Positions 54,386 to 63,915 of a DNA stretch of 64,000 nt are shown one piece after another. The notes under the pieces were generated by a model. The model had not been told where the DNA came from, searched no databases, and was given only the letters and a program-made list of their open reading frames with translations. This DNA comes from Euryarchaeota archaeon UBA89 (GTDB lineage: Archaea; Thermoplasmatota; Poseidoniia; Poseidoniales; Thalassarchaeaceae): the NCBI GenBank assembly GCA_002495525.1, contig DAFS01000037.1, positions 19,103 to 83,102 of the forward strand. Reading direction: 5' to 3'. Numbering within the stretch: the first letter of the stretch is position 1; each line of letters begins with the position of its first letter. A program made the position numbers and the translations under genes.

Positions 54386-56044
54386 ATGAAAATCCGTTAT
54401 CTAATAATAACTTCATGGGTTGTTTTAGTAATTTTACCCTTATTACTCGCCTGGAATCAACTTGACTCTGTTGCTGAAAGAAATATTTTCGAGACTATCC
54501 TAGATTTTAATAATAAATTTCAGACAAAAGACTCTATTTCTTTTACATTCCTAGTTGCCTTTCTATCTACAATATTGACGATAATTATTGGTTTACCCTT
54601 GGCTTGGAATCTTGGTAGATATAACTGGCCATATCATAATCTTCTAAGAAGTATTTTCACGGTCCCTTTTGTAATGCCATCGATTCTGGTTGCAATGGGT
54701 TTCTTAGCACTGTTAGATTGGATTAGTATTCTAATTGGGCATAACCATTCTAATGAAACACGTTTTTACACCCTTCTCCTAGCTCATGCTTGGTTTAATT
54801 TGGCCCTTTTGATAAGGTTCTGTGAACCTCTTCTTTCAACAATTGATTCGTCTTATGAAGAGGCATGTAGGTTGTTACCTTCTGGTAAGACGAAAATTAG
54901 TAGGCTTAGAAATTTCTGGATCCCTTTGATGTGGCCCAATATTGCTGCCTCTTCAGCCCTAGTATTCGTTTTTTCTTTTACGTCATTTGCTCTAGTTAAA
55001 TTCATTACTCCCTCAGAAAGAAATTTAGAAGTTGTAATGGCAAATCAGTCCGAGTGGGCAGGTCTGCCAATACCTTCACTGAGTCGTGCACCATCTGAGA
55101 TAGTTCTCGCATCATCTACAATTCAATTGATAACGATAATTCTGGCATTATTAGTCTCGTCATGGTTACAATCCCGGTCGTTAGGACATCATCTTTCTTC
55201 TCTTAAAGATGGAAGAATTTCTGTTTCATTCAAATCAGCACGTGGAATATATCTTATTTTAATGATAATTTTCATTATATCTCCAATGCTTTCTCTTATC
55301 TCTTCCTCATTTATGGTTAGAGAAAATGATTCGATGATTTTTTCTTTACAAGGTTGGGAATCAGCCTTTGGAGGTAGTCATTCTCCCACAAATGCCTACC
55401 AATCTCTCAAATCTTCAGTCGGGTATGCTATTATGACTATTATGCTATCACTTCCTATAGGTTTCCTACTTGCAGATACTATATTCAACCTAGAAAAAAC
55501 AAATCCTAAATCTGCGACAATTTTAGATGTTCTTGTAATGCTACCTTTAGCATTATCTGCCGTCATGGTCGGTCTTGGTGTTTTACTCGGATTAATGCGT
55601 ACAGAGCCTGAAATTGCTCGAAGTTGGTGGATTCCTCTTTATGGACATTTGATGTTAACAACTCCTTTCGTAGTCAGAGTACTTTTACCGGCTATGAGAA
55701 ATCTCAACCCCCATCTAGAAGAAGCGGCAGCATTGCTTGGCGCAAATTATCTAAAACGATTATTTTTCATACGCTTATCCCTGTTAAAACCTTCAATTAT
55801 AGTTGCCTCTAGTCTAGTATTTGCAATTTCATTGGGTGAATTTGGTGCATCTTGGGTGGTTTTGAGATTTACTGAATACACTACACTTCCTGTGATGATT
55901 GGTGATTTACTCAGTCGTCCCGGATACGACCCTATATTGAGACCCGCTGCGAATGCTGCGGGAACAATTTTGTTATTGATTACATTAGTTTTATTCATTA
56001 GTGTAGAGCGATTCAGACCAATTGGAAGTGGAGGTGAGTTTTGA
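54386..56044 (+). CDS. ABC transporter permease, duplicated 2 x 6-TM type (ThiP-like)
   Basis: The 552-aa protein has two MetI-like halves, the size and organisation of ThiP/FbpB permeases. Confidence 0.8.
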   Translation: MKIRYLIITSWVVLVILPLLLAWNQLDSVAERNIFETILDFNNKFQTKDSISFTFLVAFLSTILTIIIGLPLAWNLGRYNWPYHNLLRSIFTVPFVMPSILVAMGFLALLDWISILIGHNHSNETRFYTLLLAHAWFNLALLIRFCEPLLSTIDSSYEEACRLLPSGKTKISRLRNFWIPLMWPNIAASSALVFVFSFTSFALVKFITPSERNLEVVMANQSEWAGLPIPSLSRAPSEIVLASSTIQLITIILALLVSSWLQSRSLGHHLSSLKDGRISVSFKSARGIYLILMIIFIISPMLSLISSSFMVRENDSMIFSLQGWESAFGGSHSPTNAYQSLKSSVGYAIMTIMLSLPIGFLLADTIFNLEKTNPKSATILDVLVMLPLALSAVMVGLGVLLGLMRTEPEIARSWWIPLYGHLMLTTPFVVRVLLPAMRNLNPHLEEAAALLGANYLKRLFFIRLSLLKPSIIVASSLVFAISLGEFGASWVVLRFTEYTTLPVMIGDLLSRPGYDPILRPAANAAGTILLLITLVLFISVERFRPIGSGGEF

Positions 56045-56664
56045 TGCTATCTTGTGAAAATATTACTAAGTCGTATGATAGTTTGGTGTTATCTAACTTC
56101 AACTTAATAGTTGATAGTAATGAAATTGTAGCATTACTTGGTCCATCTGGTTCAGGTAAATCTACTCTTTTGAGAATTATCTGTGGTTTAGAGAAGAGTG
56201 ATTCAGGAAAGATATTATTCAACGGAGTAGACTTAGAAGAAATGCCTCCTGAAAAAAGAGGTATTGGAATGGTATTCCAAAACCTTGCATTATTCCCTCA
56301 CCTAAATGTACATGAAAACATTAAATTTGGCTTACCAGTAAATAATTCTATAAATAAAATTTCAGAGATACTTGAGTTAGTAGGCTTGAAAGATTTTGGT
56401 TCTAGAAAGATTCAGACTCTTTCAGGTGGCGAATCACAACGTGTGGCTCTAGCACGTTCTTTGATCGCAGAACCTAAAATGATACTTTTGGACGAACCCC
56501 TATCCAGTCTTGATTCAAGCATTAAAGAATCATTATCTTTAGAGGTCCGAAAAATGATTAAATCATTATCTATACCTGCTATATATGTGACGCATGATCC
56601 TCAAATTGCAGAAAGAATGGCTGATCGAATAGTCTACTTAGATGAAGATAACTCTAATAATTAA
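56044..56664 (+). CDS. ABC transporter ATP-binding protein, short form without a C-terminal regulatory domain (ThiQ-like)
   Basis: It has Walker A GPSGSGKST, signature LSGGESQR and Walker B ILLDEPLSSLD. The ATG overlaps the permease TGA by 1 nt. Confidence 0.9.
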   Translation: MLSCENITKSYDSLVLSNFNLIVDSNEIVALLGPSGSGKSTLLRIICGLEKSDSGKILFNGVDLEEMPPEKRGIGMVFQNLALFPHLNVHENIKFGLPVNNSINKISEILELVGLKDFGSRKIQTLSGGESQRVALARSLIAEPKMILLDEPLSSLDSSIKESLSLEVRKMIKSLSIPAIYVTHDPQIAERMADRIVYLDEDNSNN

Positions 56665-56703
56665 TCAATTAAACTAAATATAGTTAATATTCCGAAATGT
56701 CTC

Positions 56704-57492
56704 ATGGAAGGATTGTCTAAGTTACAAAAACTAACATTTCCTTGGAAAGGATTCTGGAGGAAAACATGGACTCGTAGAGAGATGATAAATGGTAGTTGGT
56801 TCCCATTAGAAGTTTTTTTGCTAGGCATTATATTTATTGCAGTGCCATATTTCGGCTCGAATAATATAGCACATTTTTATCTCGAAGATGCATTTTCTGT
56901 ATTCCCTGAGATTTCTTACGACCGCTCAGTCCCAGTAATTAATTGGATGATTATTCCTTATGCTGCTTTGTACCTATTTTATCCAGCTACTTTGATATTA
57001 ACCCCTAAAAATGACAAAGGTCGTTTAGAGTTAATTTCAGCAATGCAAATGCTAATTCTAGCCACCCTATTTTGTGTAATGATATTCTTATTATTTCCAG
57101 CAGAAGTTGATATGAGAAATCAAATCGATTGGGATTCTATGAATGGAATCGAGACAATTCTCTTTGAGTTTATACATACCTCTGACAAGCCTTGGAATGC
57201 GTGGCCAAGTCTCCATATTGTTCATTCATATTGCCTCGCAAGAATGATTACTCATTGGTTAAATCACAACTATTCAGAAACTAAATGGGCGAAACCATTC
57301 ATGGTACTACTGTGGGTTGAATGGATACTACTATGCATTAGTATACTAACAACCAAACAGCACTATATGTTCGATTTGTTTTCTGGTATGTTTGTAGGAT
57401 ATTTCGCTTGGAGATTTTTCCAACCAACACTCGATAAGATACAATCTAGTGACGTCGATTCCATATTGGAAGAAATCGGTTGGTCTAACTAA
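56704..57492 (+). CDS. PAP2-superfamily membrane protein of the AUR1 / inositol-phosphorylceramide-synthase-like (PAP2_3) type
   Basis: A polytopic membrane protein with WPSLHIVHS and TKQHYMFDLFSG, which are the PSLH and HYxxD motifs of the PAP2_3-type head-group transferase/phosphatase family. Confidence 0.55.
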   Translation: MEGLSKLQKLTFPWKGFWRKTWTRREMINGSWFPLEVFLLGIIFIAVPYFGSNNIAHFYLEDAFSVFPEISYDRSVPVINWMIIPYAALYLFYPATLILTPKNDKGRLELISAMQMLILATLFCVMIFLLFPAEVDMRNQIDWDSMNGIETILFEFIHTSDKPWNAWPSLHIVHSYCLARMITHWLNHNYSETKWAKPFMVLLWVEWILLCISILTTKQHYMFDLFSGMFVGYFAWRFFQPTLDKIQSSDVDSILEEIGWSN

Positions 57493-59618
57493 TTGTAAAC
57501 AATTGGTAAGAATGCATTAGCTGCATCTTCACAAGAGTTAGCAACATCATCAAGTCTCTGCAATACTCTGTACATATGTACTGCTGCAAGAGGGTCATCA
57601 ACACCTTCTCTAAATACAAACCCTGCTGCACGACTTTCAACTAAGTCTGCCTCATGTTCTGCAAGGTTTACCTGATGAATCAGTTCTCTTAACTCAATTC
57701 TTCCCTTCTTAGTATTTCCAGAAAGTGTTAGATCTCTTAGATGTAAAACTGTATCTTCGTAAAGTGCTGCAGTCTTTTGTACAGCCTCTGCCATCTCGAT
57801 TACCATTTTTCTTGCCTCTTCATTATTGTAAAGTTCTCTGAAAGATAGTTGTTCTGCAACATTTTGTGCATAATCTGCTATCCTATCTTGCCTTCCAAGC
57901 ATGTAAAGGAACTCATCGCTGTCTATCAACAGCTTCCAGCCCTTGCTGCTTACTTTCTCTCTCAGTGCATTTTTGATATCATCTGCTTTCAATTCAGCCT
58001 CAATTGTAGCATTGATTTCTTCAGATGCATCTTCTCCTGATGCGCTCTTTTTTACAGCGGTCAACATGTGCTCAACAGTTTCCTCTACTGCCTCAGCATG
58101 AGTGTGGAATAATTCGAAAACTGTAGGGTCATATTTTCCACCGTCTGCACCAGCATCTGCTAATGCATCTTCTACAAATATTTCATCGCCACTAGTTTTC
58201 CAAATGACATATCCTACTAATAAGAATGAGATAGGAAGTACTACAATCAATTTCAATGGATCTGAGCCCATGGCAACATAGAGTGTTACTGCACCAAAAC
58301 CTGCTGCTGGGAGGCTTGCTACCCATGATGCTGCAATCTTACCAAACACTTTGAAATCCACATTCTTTGCTCCTCCAGCCAAACCGACTCCTACTACCGA
58401 CCCAACCAGTGTGTGAGTAGTTGATACAGGCACTGCCAGGAATGGCATTGAGAAAATTAGGATTGTAGTTGCTGCCCCAAACTCGGCAGCGAATCCTCTT
58501 GTTGGTGTAATATCGGTAATCTTAGTACCTATTGTTTCCATTACTCTCCATCCCCATGTTACTACACCGACAGCAATACCTACGGAACCAAGTAGCACCA
58601 ACCAAAGTGGAACATCTACCTTAGCTGCTAAATCTCCACCACTAGATAGGATATCGTAAACTGCAGCCATTGGTCCGATTGCATTAGATCTGTCATTAGC
58701 TCCATGAGCGAATGCAACATATGCAGCAGTGATTATCTGTAACCAAACGAAAATTTTCTCTACACCTTGGAAGCCTTCTCCTTGCTTCTTGAAATCATAG
58801 TCTCTCAGAACATACCAAAGTATCATAGATGCAATACATCCAATGATAAATGCTACAATTAGAGAGTTTATAGGGAACCAAGCATTTTCTGCGAATGGGT
58901 CGAAAACTCCATTCTCTTTCACTGGCAACCAGTCGTTCTTATCGTCAATCCATCCTTCTGAAGCTGCTCTTGAGATGAATCCTTTTAGTGCCTTAAATTG
59001 TAATGCTAGACCTAATGTGAAGAATGTAGGCAAGGCAAGAATCGGCGCTAACCATCTAGATCTCGCAATCGGATCATCTGCTTCAAGAATACTCGCACGG
59101 ACAATGAAGAATGTGATGAATGCAAGAATACCACCCATTAGTGGGCTTGCTACCCATGACATGACTACTTTTCTCACAACTTCCCAATCTATTAGTGAAG
59201 CATTATGTTGTACTTCCAGAACTAACCCTACACCAACTATTCCACCAATTATTGAATGCGTTGTTGAAACTGGCAGTCCGAAGCGAGTCGCAATTGTCAA
59301 CCAAACTGCTGCAGCCATCATTGCAGCAATGAATCCGAACATCAAATCATTTGCAAATGCATCTGTGACTAGAGCTTCATCTGCGAGATCGATATTTAGA
59401 ATGCCCTTTCTGACAGTATCTGTAACTGCATCACCTGCAAAGAAAGCTCCGCAGAATTCGAACACAGCAGCAATAATAACTGCCTGCCTTAATGTTAGCG
59501 CACGGGAACCAACTGAAGTCCCCATTGCATTAGCAACATCATTTGCACCTATGTTCCATGCCATGTAGGCACAAACAACAATTGCTAGTATAAGGACGAC
59601 GGTCATAATCGGTTCCAT
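57489..59618 (-). CDS. PiT-family inorganic phosphate transporter fused to a C-terminal DUF47/PhoU-like cytoplasmic domain
   Basis: Duplicated PiT signatures are present (NIGANDVANAMGTSVGS and HGANDRSNAIGP). A helical soluble domain of about 220 aa follows the last TM. Confidence 0.85.
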   Translation of the reverse strand: MEPIMTVVLILAIVVCAYMAWNIGANDVANAMGTSVGSRALTLRQAVIIAAVFEFCGAFFAGDAVTDTVRKGILNIDLADEALVTDAFANDLMFGFIAAMMAAAVWLTIATRFGLPVSTTHSIIGGIVGVGLVLEVQHNASLIDWEVVRKVVMSWVASPLMGGILAFITFFIVRASILEADDPIARSRWLAPILALPTFFTLGLALQFKALKGFISRAASEGWIDDKNDWLPVKENGVFDPFAENAWFPINSLIVAFIIGCIASMILWYVLRDYDFKKQGEGFQGVEKIFVWLQIITAAYVAFAHGANDRSNAIGPMAAVYDILSSGGDLAAKVDVPLWLVLLGSVGIAVGVVTWGWRVMETIGTKITDITPTRGFAAEFGAATTILIFSMPFLAVPVSTTHTLVGSVVGVGLAGGAKNVDFKVFGKIAASWVASLPAAGFGAVTLYVAMGSDPLKLIVVLPISFLLVGYVIWKTSGDEIFVEDALADAGADGGKYDPTVFELFHTHAEAVEETVEHMLTAVKKSASGEDASEEINATIEAELKADDIKNALREKVSSKGWKLLIDSDEFLYMLGRQDRIADYAQNVAEQLSFRELYNNEEARKMVIEMAEAVQKTAALYEDTVLHLRDLTLSGNTKKGRIELRELIHQVNLAEHEADLVESRAAGFVFREGVDDPLAAVHMYRVLQRLDDVANSCEDAANAFLPIVYN

Positions 59619-59652
59619 GTCATTTCCGACTAATACTTGGTTTATGACTTTT

Positions 59653-59666
59653 AGATTATATAATCT
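59653..59666. promoter_or_regulatory. Perfect 14-bp palindrome in the divergent PiT / AbrB-PhoU promoter region
   Basis: AGATTATATAATCT lies at 59653-59666 within the 121-nt AT-rich spacer. It could be a TATA-overlapping operator. Confidence 0.35.
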
Positions 59667-59739
59667 ATATAGTTAGTAATAAAAAAGCATTACTGCGCTT
59701 CATCTATAATTATATATACTACTATTGGGTCATCATATT

Positions 59740-60786
59740 ATGTATTCAAAGACAGGCACGAGTTCTGAAGTTAGGAAAATTCAACTAACTGGAGGTTCAA
59801 CATATACAGTTAGTCTTCCTAAAAAATGGATTATAGAGCATGGTTTAGAAGCTAGAGATCAGATTAGGATTGAATGGAGACCCTCAGGAGCCCTTAGAGT
59901 AATTGCCGACACATCAAACTTACTTAGAAAAAGGGAAGTAAAGATTGATTGTGAGATTATACCTGATCATATGATTTTTGATCATCTCATTGCTGCATAT
60001 TTATCTGGTGCTGATAAAATCAAAATATTCTCAAATAATGAATTTTCCCGTATTCAAAGCAAAGTTTTTCGTGATTTTGTTCGTTCTACTCGTGGCCTTG
60101 AGATTGCTAATGATCAAGGCAACATGCTCGAAATGATTAGTTTACTAAATCCTTCAGAAATGCCATTAAATTCTAGTATTAACCGGATGTATTTACTTAT
60201 ATCGAAACAAGTAAGAGACTTTTCAGAGGTACTTACCGGTGATAATCTAGAAATTCTTGATGACTCTAGCGAAAGAGAGAATGAAGTAGATGCATTAAGG
60301 CTGTTACTTGAGAGGCAAGTAGGTCAAATTCTCGAATCGGCTAGCATAGAAGATTCTCTCGGAACTTCAAGATGGGAGGCGTCCGAATTATGTAAGTTGG
60401 TTAGGACATTGGAAAGAATGGGTGATCATAGTTATGCATTATGCGACCTAGCTAAAAATCATGCAATCCCCGAGTCTTTGAGTTTGTCATCAATGCCTGT
60501 TTCCTTAATTCCAATTTGGCAACAATCAATGAAATTATTAGTTTCTAATATCAAAAAGAGAGATATTTCTGAAGTACATATTGCAAAATCAAATCTAATC
60601 TTAGCTCAAAAAGAACTTATTCAATACGAAGAAGAACTAAGAGCTAGCGATATTGCTATTAAAGATGCTTTATTCTTAGATCGAATATCCGAATCTCTCA
60701 GAAGAATATGTGCTTATTCGATTAATATGGCTGAAATTTTAATGAATATACAAACTCATAGAGATTCCGTAGAAGTTCAACTGTAA
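59740..60786 (+). CDS. Phosphate uptake regulator: N-terminal AbrB/SpoVT DNA-binding domain plus PhoU repeats
   Basis: RKIQLTGGSTYTVSLPKKWIIEHGLEARDQIRIE is an AbrB/SpoVT swapped hairpin. It is followed by two PhoU-like helical repeats (E..VD.LR ... RMGDHSYA). I take ATG 59740 as the start. Confidence 0.8.
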   Translation: MYSKTGTSSEVRKIQLTGGSTYTVSLPKKWIIEHGLEARDQIRIEWRPSGALRVIADTSNLLRKREVKIDCEIIPDHMIFDHLIAAYLSGADKIKIFSNNEFSRIQSKVFRDFVRSTRGLEIANDQGNMLEMISLLNPSEMPLNSSINRMYLLISKQVRDFSEVLTGDNLEILDDSSERENEVDALRLLLERQVGQILESASIEDSLGTSRWEASELCKLVRTLERMGDHSYALCDLAKNHAIPESLSLSSMPVSLIPIWQQSMKLLVSNIKKRDISEVHIAKSNLILAQKELIQYEEELRASDIAIKDALFLDRISESLRRICAYSINMAEILMNIQTHRDSVEVQL

Positions 60787-60835
60787 ATCTATCATCTACA
60801 GGATAACTTACAAGTAAAGTCTTGAAACAAGTATC

Positions 60836-61333
60836 ATGAAGAAGGGAGCAATCCTAACGATTGCAGTTTCTACTTTCTTGATTATTCTCTCATTTACCAT
60901 CTTTATAGCTGGAAGTTTGATTTTAGATAGGGACCTATCTGATGAATCAATATTCAGAGGAGATAGTGGCGAGGTATTCGTTCGATATCATGACACATAT
61001 TCGGTTTATGTCGACGATAATTACAGTTGTTCTGAAACTACAGTGAGTATTCATGATGATGAATGGGAATATTTCTTTGAGGATTGTGATTTTAGTTATG
61101 TAGATGGGGATTGGAGATACATTGGTTATCTTAATCCAGATGTATCAAAAAATTTACAGGTAGAATCAAATAATGAAATAATTATTGTAAATGATCTTGC
61201 AGATGCAAGTATTATTTTCACCACTTTTTGCTCACTACCAGTTTGTTGTTCAGGTATTATTGGTATTTTTATTGGTATTCTATTACTAACACGCAGAGAT
61301 AAAAAAAGAAAACAAAAAATTATCTTCCAGTAA
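60836..61333 (+). CDS. Hypothetical two-TM membrane protein with an acidic ectodomain
   Basis: It has N- and C-terminal TM helices, an Asp/Tyr/Cys-rich middle and a basic C-terminus (RRDKKRKQK). I recognise no family. Confidence 0.45.
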   Translation: MKKGAILTIAVSTFLIILSFTIFIAGSLILDRDLSDESIFRGDSGEVFVRYHDTYSVYVDDNYSCSETTVSIHDDEWEYFFEDCDFSYVDGDWRYIGYLNPDVSKNLQVESNNEIIIVNDLADASIIFTTFCSLPVCCSGIIGIFIGILLLTRRDKKRKQKIIFQ

Positions 61334-61336
61334 TTT

Positions 61337-62788
61337 CTAGAAAACTATTGTTGAAACCATTTCTGGTTCTGTTAGGTAGATAAATAATCCAATTCCTGCA
61401 AACATCATCATCCATGAACCAATTGCTTTAATCAATCCTGTAGAGCTTCTTAGATATCCAATCATCGCTTGACGTCCGAAACTGACTAGAGCAGTAACTG
61501 CAATCATCAGGAAACTTACAGAGATCATTAAGCCAACAAGTCCGAAGATGAACTCAGTCCTTCCTACTACTGCTAACCATCCAATGAATGGGAAAACTGC
61601 AGCCGCTGTACAATCCACAGATGCTGCAGAGTAACCTATCCCCCAGAGGTACATATTTCTTCTAGGCGTGAATACTTCATCGCTGTCTTCATTTGTTTGA
61701 TACTTATCAATAATGTTCTGTACTTTTGAAAGTAAATGTGATGTCCAACCAAGAAGCATTAGTGCGCCTAAAATAATTAATAGGACGGCGATAGCAATAG
61801 CAATTTTATGTAGATAACCAGATAAATTAAAGATTTCAGATAGACCAAAAATGATTATTCCAACTATTGCAAAGAATGTCAATTGCCCTAAGGCAGCATA
61901 CCCACCAATTGCTAATGGTCCAGGCATATTACCTACAATTTTACCATTATTTCTGAGTTCCTCTTCTCTCATCCCTAAACTTAGAGTGTAAGTAATGTAT
62001 GAAGGTAAAACCGGGAAAGCACATGGACTAAAGTAGACTAAGAATCCTAGGAATAAACCTATTATGAATACTCCATAAGTTGACCTATCTGTTTTCTCGA
62101 TTCCAAATCTTAAATCTGATGCGTCTCCATTATTTGCTTTCTCAATAGCATTATCGAAAGATTTCCATCGATCTAAAGGCGTCCCAGTATTTTCTTTTGC
62201 AACTACATATCCTTCATGGTCAATTACCAGAGCCAATGGTATTAGTTGAGCAGAGTAATATTCTACAAGGTCACCTCTTGTTCCATTTTCTAGAATGATT
62301 GTTTCTGAACCACCATTTGTCACAATCCAATTCATGAATTTATCAGACTCTGAATCACCAAATGTTGAGTTGATCTGTTCGAATGTTTCCAAACTATACC
62401 AAGTTGCTACTGAAACAACAATTACGGGATATTCGCCCTCAAGTCCTCTCCAATCATCGATATTTTGTTCTATATGTTCCTGAACATAGTGACAATTAGC
62501 ACAATCAACTGCCATGAAATCTAAGATTACTACATTCCCTCTTAGTTCGGATAGTTGTAGAGTGCCATTTTCAATATTATGAGAATCATCTATCCCAGTC
62601 CTGTTCATAGTTGGTGCTACAAAATCAGGGACAGTTTCAATATCGTCTGAAACACCATATATCGATGATGATAAACCAAAAAGTGACAAAGATGCAAAGC
62701 CAATGATACAAAATAGTACTATACCAATTAAGAAAGCTTTCCAAGTCTCTTGCTTTTTGAGAACGCTAAAGTCCAGACTTGCGCTCAT
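61337..62788 (-). CDS. Thioredoxin-like (TlpA/ResA-type) ectodomain fused to a CcdA/DsbD-type thiol-disulfide transporter
   Basis: It has an N-terminal TM and a thioredoxin-fold segment with VVILDFMAVDCANCHYV (CxxC). The 6-TM CcdA core has one Cys in each half (YFSPCAFPVLP and SVDCTAAAVFPF). Confidence 0.8.
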   Translation of the reverse strand: MSASLDFSVLKKQETWKAFLIGIVLFCIIGFASLSLFGLSSSIYGVSDDIETVPDFVAPTMNRTGIDDSHNIENGTLQLSELRGNVVILDFMAVDCANCHYVQEHIEQNIDDWRGLEGEYPVIVVSVATWYSLETFEQINSTFGDSESDKFMNWIVTNGGSETIILENGTRGDLVEYYSAQLIPLALVIDHEGYVVAKENTGTPLDRWKSFDNAIEKANNGDASDLRFGIEKTDRSTYGVFIIGLFLGFLVYFSPCAFPVLPSYITYTLSLGMREEELRNNGKIVGNMPGPLAIGGYAALGQLTFFAIVGIIIFGLSEIFNLSGYLHKIAIAIAVLLIILGALMLLGWTSHLLSKVQNIIDKYQTNEDSDEVFTPRRNMYLWGIGYSAASVDCTAAAVFPFIGWLAVVGRTEFIFGLVGLMISVSFLMIAVTALVSFGRQAMIGYLRSSTGLIKAIGSWMMMFAGIGLFIYLTEPEMVSTIVF

Positions 62789-62914
62789 AACCTTCCTAGA
62801 GCACGTTAGTTTTTCATACCGGCGTATTATAGATTCTAATAATTACAATTTTCAAGCGAAATTCGTAATTGCCTATACTGATAATTCAAGTCCTTTACTA
62901 CACTCAAGTGAATT

Positions 62915-63700
62915 ATGGCTAAACCGTGGGCACCCAGTCATGTATCAGAAGTTGCTAAAGGCCTGGGGATTGATCACCGGATTAGTGGTGAAGTAAAGGA
63001 GAAGTTAGTTGAGATGTTACATCTAAGGCTTAAGCAAATCACTCGAGAAATGGAGGAAGAAACTTTGCTAAATGAGCCGGGTAAGAAAACCCTATCCGAT
63101 CCAAATAGGACGAGACTCGGATTTAGCCGAACCAGAGGCCTAATGATAGAAGAGATTGAAAATGTAGAATCAGTTAGTTCCGCAGCAGTGGTTAATGCAA
63201 ATGAGATACTTGAAAACTATCTCAAAAACTCTCTTCTTTCGGCTGCTGAAGAAGCTGATAATGAGAAAGTAGGTACAATAAAAATTAGGCATATGTCCAC
63301 AAAAACGACTTCTTCGGATAATATTCAACAAACTGAAACATCATTAAATGAAAGTTCTGAAGAAGTTAGTGTCTCTAATGGTCAAAAAATTGAATCATTA
63401 TCTCCAGTTAACATCAAGAATATCATGAAACAATTATCTGGTAAGAAATTAGATAATGATGCGGTAGAAGAATTACTACTTCTCTACTACGATTATGCTT
63501 CTGATTTAGAATATAATCTTCAAAAGAATATTCAACAAGGTGACTTATCTTCGATTAAAAATTTATTAGAGAAATATGAGAAATTGATGATGCTTGGATG
63601 GATGAGGAGAATCTTGAAATCAGCATCTGAAAAAGCAGATTATGAGAACTCTAACTCAATCAAGATTGAACATATCGTAGCGATAGATCCTTGGTCTTGA
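62915..63700 (+). CDS. Hypothetical protein with two internally repeated, possibly histone-fold-like modules
   Basis: The N-terminal unit (VSEVAKGLGIDHRISGEVKEKLVEML ... KVGTIKIRHM) and the C-terminal unit (IKNIMKQLSGKKLDNDAVEELLLLYY ... SNSIKIEHIVAI) share the same layout. They are separated by a Ser/Glu-rich linker. Confidence 0.45.
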   Translation: MAKPWAPSHVSEVAKGLGIDHRISGEVKEKLVEMLHLRLKQITREMEEETLLNEPGKKTLSDPNRTRLGFSRTRGLMIEEIENVESVSSAAVVNANEILENYLKNSLLSAAEEADNEKVGTIKIRHMSTKTTSSDNIQQTETSLNESSEEVSVSNGQKIESLSPVNIKNIMKQLSGKKLDNDAVEELLLLYYDYASDLEYNLQKNIQQGDLSSIKNLLEKYEKLMMLGWMRRILKSASEKADYENSNSIKIEHIVAIDPWS

Positions 63701-63702
63701 AA

Positions 63703-63915
63703 TCAATTCATGAAATCGTTTTCAAAATGATTATCTAGAAGTTCTAGAACTCCAGATACATTTTCATGGACCTCAAATAATGTATTATCTGCGGTGTAAA
63801 TTAAGAGTACTTCTCTTTCTCCATCCTCTTCTTTGATAAATTGATATGCACAGATTGATTGTACACGAATTCTTGTAGGTCCTAAGTCAGTCATTGCTTT
63901 AATCCACATGCTCAT
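63703..63915 (-). CDS. Hypothetical 70-aa protein
   Basis: An intact ORF with an ATG, convergent with the preceding gene across a 2-nt gap. I recognise no family. Confidence 0.4.
   Translation of the reverse strand: MSMWIKAMTDLGPTRIRVQSICAYQFIKEEDGEREVLLIYTADNTLFEVHENVSGVLELLDNHFENDFMN

Noticed and set aside
58843-59568. 241-aa + ORF antisense to the PiT transporter, and similar shadow ORFs at 41036..41617, 7136..7546, 23119..23574, 37927..38289, 14645..15040 and 16582..16908
   Set aside because: Each is fully embedded antisense in a gene with strong family motifs. Their products are low-complexity Ser/Pro/Ile-rich sequences typical of shadow frames, and none has a recognisable motif.
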